A stretch of 64,000 bases of DNA from Gnetum montanum (Eukaryota; Plantae; Gnetophyta): the NCBI GenBank assembly GCA_015680685.1, contig MNCI01003401.1, positions 165,843-229,842 on the forward strand, written 5' to 3'. This document shows, in pieces, positions 26,884 through 40,625 of the stretch. The stretch's first letter is position 1. Each line of letters starts with the position of its first letter. The notes below the pieces were generated by a model. The model did no database searches, was not told the DNA's origin, and saw nothing but the letters and a program-made list of their open reading frames with translations. The position numbers were made by a program, and so were the translations under genes.

Positions 26884-27862
26884 AATATCAAAATGCTCTA
26901 AATTCACTCTAATAAGTGGTGAACTATTTAGAAATAATTTCTAAGGGATATACCTTAAGTGTTTGAACCAAGAGCAAGCTAACGATGCTTTAAAACAACT
27001 TCACAATGAAGGACATATAGGATATCGCTCATTAGTTCATAAAATTGTGAGGGTTGTTTATTATTGGCCTACTATGATTAATGATGCTTATAACCTAGTT
27101 AAGACGTATGTCCAATGCCAGATATTTAAAGGTAAATATTCGAAGAGTTCGGCCCCTTTACAACCTATAATAGAAACAAGACCATTTGCCCAATGGGCCT
27201 TAGATTTTATTGGAGTGATCAATCCTTTATCTACTACCCTACATAAGTTCATTTTGACAGCCACTGATTATTGCACACATTGGTTAGAGGTGAAAGCAAC
27301 CAAAACCGCATCATCTCGTGAGGTCATTTGCTTCTTAGAAAATAATATAATCTCCAGATATGGCTATCCTTATGCTTTAGTAGTCAATAATGGGCCAGCC
27401 TTCATTTCCATAGAGTTTACAACTTGGGCTAGATATCATAACATCATTGTCAAGGTGGTAACTGAATATTACCCACAAGGTAATGGTTTGGCTAAATCTT
27501 CCAACAAAATTATATTAGATGGGATTAAGAAAATGGTAGCCCAAAATCCATGAACCTGGCATGAACAACTAAAATGGGTAGTTTGGGTTGATAGGATTCA
27601 TTACAAAGAATCAATAAAGACTACACCATATGATTTAGTGTATGGATAGGAACCCATATTGCCAATTAATTTATAGATTCCTACATATCAATTCTTCTTA
27701 TACTACTTAGCAACTAATGAGCATCTAATATCACGAGCATGTGATATTTTGAACGTAGAGCTTAAAAGGGTTAAAGCGATCGAAAATATGTATGGTCATC
27801 AACAAATTGTCAAGAGATGGTTCGATAAAAAATATGCATCTAAAATTTTTCAAGTAGGTGAC
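26884..27862 (+). pseudogene. Tat pol, part 2: integrase zinc-binding region and core
   Basis: LHNEGHIG..YYWPTMINDA..CQ; PFAQWALDFIG..TATDYCTHWLE; YYPQGNGLAK. Confidence 0.9.
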
Positions 27863-28732
27863 TGATGAAATTTCATTAGTGGATGCGTTGACTAGGCCAT
27901 GTATACGCAGCCTTCCATGTGTGGACGTGGCCCCGTTTACGCGGAGACTATTTTGGCCTATAAATAAGAGAGCCTTTCACCTCATTTAGGTACCTTTTAG
28001 TTAGTTGTAGCAACGCTCTTGTAGTTTGTTCCCACAGGAGATAGAATATTTTCCAAGTGCCCGCAGCAGGTGTAAGAAAATTTCTTGACTCTTTATTTGA
28101 GCGATGATGTATCTGAGCCCATTGGTGTGAAGGTAATAAAGGCGAACTCTTAAGCATTCCTTGCAGCATTTGGACTTAGCCATTTTATGCATTCAGTAGT
28201 TTAATATGTTTATGCTTTGTTAATTGCTTGTTAACTACTTAAATTTCTATTATTGTTATTTTAATCGCTATCACTCCTTTATAGTTCATCAAGGCCATAA
28301 GTACGACCATCTCGAACGTAAACCCAACACTTGGTGAACCCAGTGACGCTTAACGTCCGGTAACCCAGAAGTGCTTAGGGGATGCTCAGAACGTGCTTGG
28401 AAGATGGGATCAGATACTTATGCTAGGAATAGTTAGAATACAAATTAGGATAATTATAGATTAGAAAATAGTTCATCCTTTACTTTCCACACTTTAATTA
28501 GACGCCAAAAGATAAGTAAAAGCTATAAAAATCATTAGTCTTAATCTCACTTAACCATAACAAACAAAACATCACAAGTGAGATTAAGAAGGCAATGACC
28601 ATTCTAACCCAAGGTTTCGCTGGTTAGAGTTTGGTATATGTTAAGTGCTTACAGTCTACGAAATTCGACCAAGTTGCGTGTGAACACCCGTGATTCGTAT
28701 GGTTGGGCGTAGGGGTACCTCGCCGCCCATCA
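27863..28732 (+). repeat. N2 5' LTR
   Basis: Colinear with 40626-41524; TATAAATA at 27959-27966 preceded by GTATACGCAGCC-type motifs. Confidence 0.92.
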
Positions 28733-28877
28733 TTGGCGCCATTGCTGGGGAATTTTAGTCTTACATGTGTCATCTAACCTTAGTGAAATTATCATACAAA
28801 TCGTTGGAACGGACCCAGGATAGAAATATTTATGCATGCTAGGCGAATTAAAGTAAATAGTAAGGTACACCGATTAC

Positions 28878-31800
28878 ATGGACCATCTAACATTCAATAT
28901 GTCTTCTCACAAAAGAGAGGTATCCAACCCACCTGTGCCACAAGAATGTCGGGTGGTGTACAGGCATCTCGATGATTATGTCCCTGACTTCACTTTCGTC
29001 CTACATTAGAATGAGCATCTATGATGGCGGGACATGGAGGGCAACATCGTGCTACCACCTGACCGATCGACTCTTGTAATGCTATTCCACAATCTTGGTA
29101 GACTACGCATCCAAGACCGTGGAGTGGAGTATGTCATGGAGGACCATAACTATCAGGACTATCATCCCACTGAGGCTCAATGAGCACAAGACCAGTAACA
29201 AGTGGACAGATATGAACACCTGAAGGGAAAACAATTCAGTAATCCCTTATTCTCGCAAGGGCTACAAGACTATGGGGATCCCATCTTTCATGATACCCAT
29301 TCAACCGAACTCCCCCTGGGGCAGCAGGTCCTTTAGTCCATCATTCAAAACAAGCCTCTAAGTGACCAAGATCCTCAAGGGGATGGAGGATCACGTAGAA
29401 AATATGGGCAAGATGATCAAGGCCGTCATCAAGGCAGAGGGGGAGATCGACACCAGAGCAGTGGCGATACCTCTCCTTCTTCTCCATCCTCTCGCTCTCC
29501 TACACCTTCATCTAGCTCAAGCTCGGATTGTAACCAGGGTAAAAAGAAGCGAAAGGATGGTGGTAAAAAGGTTTGGAAGGGACAACGTAAGGAAACATGC
29601 GACCAATCGTATGATGCTCACTGTCATGAAAGAAGGGGTAGCCGAAATTGTCGCAGACATCATGGTCCTCAGCAGGACTATGACTCGAATGAGTCGTTGT
29701 TGGCTACTCGGAGCATGCTCCATATCGTGGAGGTGATTCAGATCCCCAGTAGGCATGTGAAGGATAGCCGGATCAAGCGTGTAGATATGAACAACATCCC
29801 CAGATTTGAAGGGGAATACAATTATGATCCATAGACTCGCCTACAGGTGTTCCATGACGTCTACACCCTGCAGAACATTATAATGATTGGCAGAGGCTGA
29901 AGCTATTTCCTCACACACTCATCAAGAAAGTAGAAAACTGGTACCTGTCCTTGGAGCCAGAATCAATTAGAAGATGGAGTACAATGCTTGAAATTTTTAA
30001 TGACAAGTATCAAATGTACTCCAGAGTGGTGAACTTGAGACATCAGATCCAAGGGTGGAAACAAGGCAATCATGAACCCTTGGATGTAGCCATGAGTAGA
30101 TACTATTCACTACCACATCGGTGCCCTGGTCATGGCTACTCTTAGTGGGCATAGCTTTGCCACATCATTGATTGGCTCCGTTTTGAAACGCAAAAGACCC
30201 TTGGCGTGTACGCCCAAGGACGATTATCGGAGCTAAGGGCCCATCAATTATAGCGCCTCATTAAATAGGTGGCCAAGGAGGAAGGAGAATTGAGAAAAAA
30301 ATAAAGTGTAGAAGAATTCAGCTGGGATCCTTCCCTCAGAAAAAGGGAAGTCCGATTTTGTGATGAGGAGGAGGAATCACCACTGGAAGCAGCGGTGAAC
30401 CGAAAGACCTTGCCTTTACAAAAGTTTGCATCTGAAATATCGGAAAAGGTTGATAAGATGTGGGACTCTTTGGATGACAAATTCCAAAGTGTGCTAAAAA
30501 TTGTAGAAGCATCCAGAGAACAAGATAATGACCGTGATCGATGCAAGAAGAAGGAAGCTGAACGTGCCCAATATAAGGGTAAGGGAAAAGTTGTTGTAGC
30601 TGAGCAGGTTGCAGACTTTGACACTGAGGAGGACGATGAATGTGGCATATGCCAATATGAACATCCTAAGGGATGTTATCCTATGATGTCATACCTTCAA
30701 TATTTTGGGGTGTACGCATTGAATCCTCGCTTGGCGAAGAGGCAAACTCCCCGAAGGTTGCCTTACCCACAAGGCAACCCAAGGTAGTTCCACCAATAGC
30801 AAGGATACTATCCAAGTGGAGCGCCACTGCAACCGTATGAACCCTCACATACACCTATGGCTAGTGCCTCTGAACCCTCAAGCTCCTCCGCTATTGCACT
30901 GCCTAAGCAGCCTTCAAGCCAACCACACTCCAACGTCCAAATAGTCATGCTCATACATGTCGTGATCGACTAGATCAAGGCAGGTCATCTTCCTTGGAAA
31001 TTGACTGATCTGGGAAGCCTCCTCATCTATCTTCAGGTGGTAAGGAACGAGCTATGTAGAGCTCTTTTGGACTCGGGGTCATGGGTCAATTTGATCTCTC
31101 ATGATATGTACAAGAACTGGAACTTGCCCCCGCTAAAAAAGAGAAACATCCAGCTTGAGTTAGCAGACTAGTCCATCACCATTCCCTTGGGATTGGTGGA
31201 GGACATTGTGACCATTGTTTGTGGGTGGTCCTATCCTGCTGATTTCCTGGTCATCCGTGTGGAGAACTGTAAGGGAAACTTCCCAATCATCATGGGAAAA
31301 GCCTGGCTAAGCATGGTGGATGCATGACTAAGACTCCAAGATCTATCCCTTGAAATTTTAAAGGAAAATCCTTTTGGGAAGATCAAGAAGAAGCATGTTC
31401 CATGCATCATGTACAGTGACTTAGGGTGCAACAGTGTGCAGCAGTTATGGTCTGCTAAGCGGATATCCATTCAAGCATGCAGTCGGTGTACCGAGGAATC
31501 ACCTATTCAACAGTGCCTATATGTAGTAGCCACTAACCAAGAGGGCACCTAGTGGTTGACAGCTGATCCTACTAGTAGCGCATTATGCATGGAACCATCT
31601 GAGGGGCTTGTACAAGCCTACATTGAAAGCATGGACAAAATGGAAGAGGTTCATCAATAGGTCTTCACTGTTGATGACCATGATGACTGGGGGAAGCTAC
31701 AAATCCCCGAGAGCTTCAAAAAAGAGCCCCTAGAGCTAAAATCTTTACCAACTCACTTGGAATATGCATTTTTGCAAAATGGAAAGCCAGTAATTATCAA

Positions 31801-34800
31801 TGCCACCCTTGCTCCTGAAAAAAAGAAGAGACTACTGAAGGTGGTAAACAAATGGGATGCCACATTTTCATGGTCATATCCTGAGTTAACTAGAGTTGAT
31901 CTCAGGGTCTGCCAGCATCAAATCTATCTTGACCCTTCCATGAAGCCACGATGACAGCCACAAAGATATTTGGACCCCAAACTAAAGCAGGTCATCAAAT
32001 ATGAAATCAAACAATTGCTAAAGGTGGGGTTCATCTATTCTATTGTCAATAGTGAATGGGTTAGCCCACTCATTATCATGCTGAAGAAAGGTGGAAGATG
32101 GAGGGTGTATTGATTTTCGATTGCTCAACCTAGCTACCTTCAAGGATTACTTTCCACTCCCATTTGTGGACCAGGTGTTGGACACCATCGCAGGGCATCA
32201 CTATTCCAGCTTTTTGGATGGTTATAGTGGTTATAACCAAATTCAAATAGCACCCAAGGACCAAGCCAAAACAACTTTCACAAGTCCATGGGGGACTTTC
32301 GCATACAAAAAGATGCCTTTTGGCCTGTGTAATGCACCTACTACATTCCAACGCCTTGTCCTCAACATCTTCTAGCAACAGATTGGCAATGGGGTAGAAG
32401 TCTTCATGGATGACTTCTCTACCTATGGACCATCTTGAGTAGGATCTGAAAAGGTATGTAGACACCAATTTGCGGCTCAATTGGCAGAAAAGCCATTTGA
32501 TGGTCCAAGAAGGCATTGTACTAGGGCATCGCATCTCACAAATAGGGATTAGTATGGACCCTGAAAAGATCAGGGTCATCCAAGGAATCACCCGCCAACC
32601 AAGCACCATAAAAGATATTTGGTCATTCCTTGGCCACACTGGTTACTACCGGTGCTTCATTGAAAACTTCTCGAAGATCACCAAGCTGTTGGTAGAACTT
32701 ACAAAGAAGGATGCTTCGTTCATCTAGACCAAGGAATGTGAATCTGCATTCCAATTACTTAAACAAAAACTCATAGAAACTCTAGTTATATGAGCACCTG
32801 ATTGGTCCAGGCCCTTTCACATCATAACAGATGCATCTAATTATGCCTTGGGAGCCGTGCTTACATAGTGTGATGATCAGAATTGTCCATACTATATCCA
32901 CTATGCAAGCCGTAGCATTGTGGGTGCTCAGCTTAACTACACTACCACTGGAAGGAGTTGATGGCAGTGGTGTTCACCTTAGATAAATTCTGACACTCTG
33001 TGCTCAGATACATGGTGTTTGTGCATACTGACCATAGTGTTATTCGGTTCCTGATGAACAAACCAACAGTGAGCCCCTGCATCATATGGTGGCTGGTGAT
33101 TCTTCAAGAGTTTGATCTCACCATGGTAGACTGGAAGGAGACCGAGAATGTGGTAGCTGACCACTTGTCTCAGTTACGATGGGATGACACAAAAGAGGAG
33201 GAGCCCCTCTTCGATCAATTTCTAGATGAACTCCTCTTCGCAGCTGCAGTTGATCCACAAGTATCCAAGGAATCCCCTTGGTTCAACCGCATCCTCACCT
33301 ACCTCACAACCCAGGAGTTGCCAAAGGAGTGGAACCATCAGCAGAAACAGCAGTTTCTCCATAAGGCCAAGCATTTCATGAAAATCAATGGCCACCTTTA
33401 TAAGGTGTGCACAGATGGCCTAGTTCGATGGTGTCCCTGATGACGATACACTGTGCGTCCTCCAAGATGATCACAAGGGCCCTTGTGGGGGCCACTATAC
33501 TAGATGCCACACAACCATTAAGATCCTGCTTGCAGGATATTACTGGCCCCCAATTTTCAGGGATGCACAATGGTTCGCCCGCTCCTATGAACAATGTCAA
33601 AAAGATGGTGGGATGTTGGCATGGTTGGAGGAACCTCAATAGTGGATCCAACCACTGAAGCCCTTCGACATCTGGGGCATCGACTTCATGGGGCCCATCA
33701 CACCCTTGTTGATGAGTGGTGAGGTACCCCTACACTCAACCATACGAAACGAGTGTAGCACGCGCGATCCAGTCGAACTCTGCAGACTAAATGCCTAAAC
33801 ACCCCATGGAACACTTGGGGTTAGTCATTCGTTATCTTCCCAGACTTACTTGTTGTTGTCACGGTGTATGGTTAAGTAAGTCTGAGGTATATGATTTTTA
33901 TAGTCTTTTCTGGTNTCTCGAAGTGGTTGTACTGAGGCACCTAACTAGGAGGAAAGGGTTGAGAGAGCCTAACTAGCCTAAGTGCGATGAGCAGCCGATT
34001 CCTTGACTAGCCGTACACATCTGGGACTACCACTGGGATTACCAAGCGTAGATCTTGGAATATGCCACTGGGTTACCAAACAGTCATGATGCTCGTAATC
34101 AAGTCGTACTCATACCGCATGCAACGAGCAGCCAATTCCTTGACTAGCTGTACACATCCTTAGATGCTCGTAATCAAGTCGTACTCGTATCGCATTCTAG
34201 GAAAGCAATAAATAACAATAAATAAAATCCTATCCATGCACTACAAGGTTTATCCAATCAAGTTCATCTTTATTGCTGTACACAACTTGTGTTCAGGTAC
34301 AATGTTGCTTGAATAAAGATCCATTCACTCTAGGACTCCTACTGCGGGCACATGGGAAATTAATTTATCTCTGGAGTGATCAAACTGCCAGAGCTTCGCT
34401 ACTTCTAGCCAGGATTGGGAAATAAGGGGAGTGTTGCCTCTTATTTATATATTTGACGACGAACCACGATATCGTGTACGCGATATCGCAGGGGACGACG
34501 TGATATCGCGTACGCAATATCGCATGGGATGTGATATCGTGATGGCTGCGATATCACGTACGCGATATCGCGGCCCATGCGATATCGCGTCTCATCACTT
34601 GTCAAATGGAAAGGCATACATCATCGTAGCTATGGACTACTGTACAAAGTGGGCATAAGTAGCCATCGTCGACTGTTCTTCCAACACCACCACATGATTT
34701 GTCTAGCAACAAATCGTTAACAAGTTTGGAGTGCCACGTGCACTCATTTATGATAATGGGACTCATTTCACAGGTGTTACTTTTTAGAAACTCATGCAAC

Positions 34801-35390
34801 ACTTGGGGGTCACCCATAAATTTACAACACCCTATCACCCCCAAGCCAACGGGTAGGGAGATCACCAAGATCCTTACCCGAACCATCAGCAAATATAGGA
34901 GGGATTGGAGTACAAAGCTTAACGATGCCCTATGGATCTATCGCTCCACTTGGTAACTTCCTGTAGGGTACTCTCCCAATGAGTTAGTGTACAAAAAGTT
35001 ACCAATACCTCCAATTCAGGCCAAACTCCACACACTATCCACCGCTAGTGACTTGGGCCTTGACCTCCTGCTAGCACAATGTGAACGACTTATCAATTTA
35101 AGTGTGCTAGATAAGAACCAATTAGTGGCCCTGTCTTCCAATGAGATCCACAAGGCCTACAACAAAAAATGACATGATCTTAGGATTTGGAAGGTCACAT
35201 TTAGATGTGGAGACAAGGTGTTGTATTGGAACCCCTCACATGTATCTCAACCGACCAATTTTCAGACACTGTGGATGGGACCTTACATTGTCTCTGAAAC
35301 CTTTCCATCTAGGGCCTTGCTTATCCACAAACCTAAGGACCCCACCAAAACATAGTTAGTCAACCGCCAACAACTGAAACCTTTTCGTGA
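28878..35390 (+). pseudogene. N2 gag-pol (Gag, PR, RT, RH, INT), many stops; integrase split by solo LTR N3
   Basis: PR LLDSGS (~31066); RT CIDFRLLN..KDYFPLPFVDQVL..FLDGYSGYNQI..MPFGLCNAPTTFQR..VFMDDF; RH VHTDHS..ENVVADHLS; INT WGIDFMGP|..AMDYCTKW..TPYHPQANG; GPY motif at ~35275. Start approximate. Confidence 0.9.
33710..34597 (-). mobile_element. Athila-like solo LTR N3 (related to the N1 LTR)
   Basis: TGATGAGTGGTGAGGTACCCCTACACTCAACC..TCTCATCA; TSD CTTGT at 33705-33709 and 34598-34602; eight GCGATATCGC-type palindromes at 34467-34590. Confidence 0.93.
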
Positions 35391-37060
35391 ACTTCACTCA
35401 ACTAGTGCAACTGCCTCGTCATCACCAGGATAGCCTCGCTCCATATTCCACGTCTCCTCCTTTCCACCCAATCATGGGGGAGACCATTTTCCATGCTGAT
35501 CCATTCCCCTTCGTCCCTCACTTTTTGTATTTTTTTTTTACACTTTTTTTTTCACCATCATTACTACGTTTTCTATTCTTGCTACAATTTTCCTTTCTTT
35601 AATTATTTTCATTATTTTTCCATTTCTTTGTTTGTTGTTTCATTTCCACTTTTGTTGCTGCTAAAAAATCATCTTGTTGTTGTCAGGTTTGCGTGGATGG
35701 TTTTTGTTGCGATGGGTCATGGGGAATGGCCTACCTTTTACCCCAGTCTTGCCCTCACATGGTTGTTCTTGGTTTTTGTGGTTACTTTCACCTCATAATA
35801 TCAGCAATGGGTCCACGTCATTCACCCATTCATCCACTCCGTGGTTTTCCTACCATCGGGATTATGCAACCCCAGTTCATTTTAAAGAAAATATTTTAAT
35901 TAATGTATGAATTGTGTAGTTCCTGGACTCGGGGATGACCCAATGGTTTGCATAGGGTGTGACTTCAAGGGGAATGCAACATTCATAGTCCTCTTCTACC
36001 CTTGGGTGGCACGAGTGCCCTTACAGATTTCTTACCACTCCAAATTCTTTGCTACAAGGAAGCTCCTTGGTAGTTTAACCTTGCATGGTGTGGTCCTCAT
36101 CAAAAATCGAAAAAAGAAAGAAAAAAAATGAAAAAAAATCCATGAGGATTCAAAGCACACCCCTTGGTCAGATGCATGCACACAAGCATGGGTCTTCACA
36201 TGGTGTGGTTCCCACAAATTGAAAACCAAAATAAAACACAAGGATAACATCCTCACCATGTTGGAATTCAAAGCACACCCCTTAGACCACCTCTCACGGG
36301 CCGCCAACACTAGTTATGGGACTTCTTTTGTCCCCTCTAACTTGGTCACATTTCGCTTCCTCCCTCTCGCGTCTATTGGAGTGGTGGCTCTCTGTGGGTG
36401 CATTCCTACCCACTTGCGGGCTAGATGAGTCTTCGTGTGTTGTTGCGATGTCACTGGAGGTGGTTGGTTTTAGGTCTAAACTTGGAAAAGGTTCTATCAG
36501 GTCACTTAACCATAGCTTCATGTGGGGGTTTCATGGAACCGATCATTGGACATCCACACCTCATCTCTCTCTCTCTCATCCACTTCTCTCCCTCCCTCAT
36601 CCCATTGCCAATTTTATGACTTGATTGTTTGTCACATCTCTCATGACCTTCTCATGCTTGGGCAGGGTCTCCTGGATGGAAGTCTTAACTTACGTTCGCC
36701 ATTCCTTCACACTAAGGCCCATGGACCCTAGTGTTGGGGATATGCAAGGGCTACAAAGGCTATCGCCTACTATGGGGAGGACCTACTTGCATATTCTTGG
36801 TGTTGTTCATTAGTCTCTCATCCTTGGGGTTGGTTGGTGGCTTGTTTTCACGCCATTTGTCGCTCGATTTCTTCCCCACGAAGTTCTTTTGAGTCACGTT
36901 CTCCTCCTTTTGACTCTTTTTCGAGCCCCAAATTTCCTCCTCCTATCCTTCGTCATGTCTAGGCCTCTCTCGTGCTTCAACCACCCCAATTTGGCATTTC
37001 AAATTCATCATTTCGGGCTTTTTTTGGGTTGGTCAACACTGGTCAATGGGTGCACACCCT

Positions 37061-37151
37061 GTGTATATGGGGCCCCATATATGCAGCCCCTTGTGTATAT
37101 GCAGCCGCATATATGTAGCCCCATCGACGCAGCGCCTTATCCCTATATATA
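37061..37151 (+). promoter_or_regulatory. Putative internal promoter of N2 accessory ORF: 5 GCGT(AT/CG)ACGCAGCC-type motifs followed by TATATATA
   Basis: Motifs at 37061, 37076, 37093, 37107 and 37122; TATA at 37144-37151; same motif class as N2 LTR 40658-40735. Confidence 0.65.
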
Positions 37152-37524
37152 CACCTGTTGCGCTTTGAAATTTTCATAATTTGGAATCCAAATTGAGGGG
37201 AGATTTTGCTATTTTTTCTGCCTAACCCTTCCCAACGCACCTACCTTCCATCACGTGTCCGCATCAACCTATCCTTGCCCTTTTAAGCAACCGAAGGTAT
37301 GCTCTCAGTCGTGGGGGGGGGGGGGTGATGCCCATGTGTAATTAATTAATTAATTAATTAGTTACTAATTACGAAAATTTTGGCTCTAACCCATAAATTA
37401 ACACTCCGGGAGACTTAAAGGAATGCATGTGCCAACAACATAACTTAGTCAACCTGAGAAGGTGTATAAGGACCATCTTGAGCTACTTATGCACACTCTA
37501 ATGGGTGGTTATGTTTGATTGTAG

Positions 37525-40452
37525 ATGGCACCCAAACTAAGGCATCCAAGGGGCAAAGGACCATCACAACCGAGGGACAAGCGCCCACGCACGGGAAGGG
37601 GACGAGGCACGCAACCACTAGAGCACATGGAGGGCTCTCATGCAACTAGCCCTCTCCGCGAAGGACCTGACATGGAATTTGTCCATCAGATTCCCAAATA
37701 GGAGATTCCCAACGAGTAATCACAAGGGGATGAGACTTCTGGGATAGCACCATGGCTTGAGGTCACCCTGACCCAAGCCTATCTTGATGCTATCACACCG
37801 CACGAGATGCAGCAAATGGTCCTTCAAGAGCTAAACTTTGGACCATTCCTTGAGAACGCACTAGAAGAAGTAAGGCTCCAACTGCAAAACTTTCCAATGT
37901 TGCCAATCATCACAACTAGTGGTGAATGGTACTTAGGAGAGACCTATCTCTTCTGGACAAATCGGCAACCAGGGTCTAGAGTAAGAATCAAAGACATTTA
38001 TGTCTCTTACTCTTTGTAGACGATAGCGCAAGCTTTGGGGTTGCTCGAGACCAAGGCGGATGTGGTGAAAATTCCAAAGCAGGCTAACCCCGAGGTAAAG
38101 GCGAAATGGACCAAACGATGATATGGGATAGAGTGCAAGGAATTTGACTCTCTGACCATAGCAGAGAGGATATATTCAAAGATCGTGTCTTACCACTTGA
38201 ATCCAACGGTAAGACCTAGCAAAATCACAGCCTTCTCCGCTCGTGCATGTGCCGCCTTGAGTAGGAAATTCCCAATGAGTCTTCCACAGCTGCTATTTTT
38301 GAAGATTGAAAAGAGGTTCACTAAGAATGAACATGGAAAATGAGCTCTCCCCTTTCCTTGCCTAATCTGAAAGTTGTGAAAATGGGCAGGGATAGCACGG
38401 TACTCCAATGATGTAATCTGGCATGCCCCGATTACCTCTTGGCAGGAAATGATGAAGGATAAAACTCCTGCCACCACACAAACAGATGAGAAGTAGCAAC
38501 CACCTCCACCACCTACACAAATAACATAGCTAGGTTCGCAAGCCATAGCAGAACACATCCACGAAATCCGGGAAACGCTCTTGAGCCAGCAAGAGCAATC
38601 TGGTAGGACTGGTGGAGGAGAAGACCCTTTGGTCTATTGCCCTATAATGAGCCACTCGGAGCAAGTGGCTTGATCAGTTAGCATGCTTAAAAGGGCAAGG
38701 CCGATGTTCTCATCCTCCCGAACTCCAATGGCTGCATGAACAAATCCTAGTGTCCGAGAGGTAACAGTGTCCACACAACAGTTATTTCCTGAAATTTCTG
38801 GGAATGCTGCTACCTTCTCGGTATGCTTGGAGGATGATCAAGGGGAAACAATCCTGGCGATGCAGCACCAAGGACAGGAGACTGTGGCCAAATTGGTTAC
38901 TGACACAATTGCTACAACCCTTAATGCACTGGCAGCACCTATACCGTACATTCATGGACTACAAGATGTACAGGCATCTGCCGGAACTTCGCGTAGCAAG
39001 ATTGATGCAGCCCAACATGAGTTGTTGGACTGATTCGTGGGAACCGGGTAACCACTCTCGGATGTCTTCGACCTTTCGAACAACATTATTGCAACCCAAT
39101 CGGAGCTACTCTCGTCAAGGGGTAAGAGCCTCATTTTGGAAGGGCAACTTGAAGCTACTCAAGTCGCTTGTCAACGCTTGGCAATGGAAGTAGCCTAATT
39201 AAGAGCCCAGCTTAATAATCCAGCTATCCTCGATCATGTAATCACCAAAGATGAAGCTTTTCAATAGCTTCAACTCAAAATTCAGATCGTTGAGGATGTG
39301 CGAGAGACGACGATCTTCGATAAGTCCTTAGGGAGATGTTCGAGCATATCATTTAGACAAGGACTTGGTGGAGGTTCGTCAGGAGAATGTCTGACTGACC
39401 ATGGAGGTTCATCACCTACGCAATGTTGGTGCAGAAAATGAACACATGAAACTTTTATCCACCAATAGCAGGAAGAACTAGCCAGGGTGAATGTTGACGT
39501 AAGAAGGTTGGCCGCTAAGAATCGAAATCTATCAATGGAGGAGGTTCGGGCGTTGCGACAGAAGCCTGCAATTGAAATTACCACTTGGAAGAACGAGGCC
39601 CTGAAATTTGAAAAAGTTAAAAATCATTACAGGGACCAAGTGGGATTGCAGAAGGAGGTGAATGAAAAACATATTCAAGTCACCAAGGCTAAGATAAACC
39701 AAGTGCTCCAGCAGCTCTGAGAGGGAGGCAAGGTATGGCAACCTATCTTTGATGGGTTGAATGACTACAATCAAGCTAAAATCCGCCTTAAGGAGCTGCA
39801 AATTGAGGAGATGACAGAATATATGGAGCCTGCCACCCTTCGCTATGCAAACCTGGCTATGCTCATAGCCGGAAGACCACGGTCAAAATTGGAAAAACAA
39901 GTGGTTGCCTCGTATTCCCTATACGAGGGAGAGTTCCAGGCGCATAAAGCAACAAAGCAAAAGCTGGAAACGGCAAACGTGAAACTCGAGGTTCTCCATA
40001 CAAGCTTTGAAGGACAACGTATAGGCACGGAGAACCTAGCCCATAGGATGAATAACTACCAGCAACTGCAAACATCAATTCGAGCATTTGACATCGAATG
40101 AAAGTAGTTCGCAGCCTAGTTTGTCAACCTCAAAGAACTCTTCTCAACACTGCCATGCCCTTGGGAAGTTCCAGTTCCAGCACACATTGGAGAAGCTGCC
40201 TGGACTATGAACCATCCCAAAACCAAAGAAGAAAAGATGAGGGCTCTCTTGGAGGCTTTTCGACTACCTCCAGAAGTTGCAGCTGCTGCAGGGCAACCAT
40301 CATCCGTGCCGGCACCAACGCATGGGCCAGAGGTTGGAGAAGGTCCATCAGAACCACTGCCCCAGGGATGGTGTGACCTTCTTCAACAATTTTGTGCATC
40401 ATTCTACACGGCAGAGACTCCAGGACTAGAGAGGTGTTCAATTTTGCTTTGA
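37525..40452 (+). pseudogene. N2 accessory ORF, homologue of the N1 accessory ORF; decayed
   Basis: TGATTGTAG|ATG GCA CCC AAA at 37525. LPFPCLI*KL*KWAGI (~38345); EYMEPATLRYANLAMLIAGRPRSKLEKQV; LPCPWEVP..PKTKEEKM. A candidate 5'-UTR intron runs 37297(GTATGC)-37524. Confidence 0.8.
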
Positions 40453-40625
40453 ACACCACCATTTTTGTAATTTGTCCTTCTCTATAACTCAGGCACTTGG
40501 TCAAATTAATGTTGTGTCATGTGTGTGTCATATGTGTGTCAAGTCATGTGCGTTGCAAATAAAAATCCATACCTTCCAAATTGTAGAGTAACTAGAGGAC
40601 AAGTTTTTACTTAGCCGTGGGGGTA

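Noticed and set aside
34467-34590. GATATC-containing repeats with short variable spacers as a CRISPR array
   Set aside because: Units are only 10 bp with spacers of a few bases, lie inside a plant LTR, and there are no cas genes.
37525-40452. Calling the accessory ORF a retroviral envelope gene
   Set aside because: No signal peptide or transmembrane segment is visible; the similarity is positional only.
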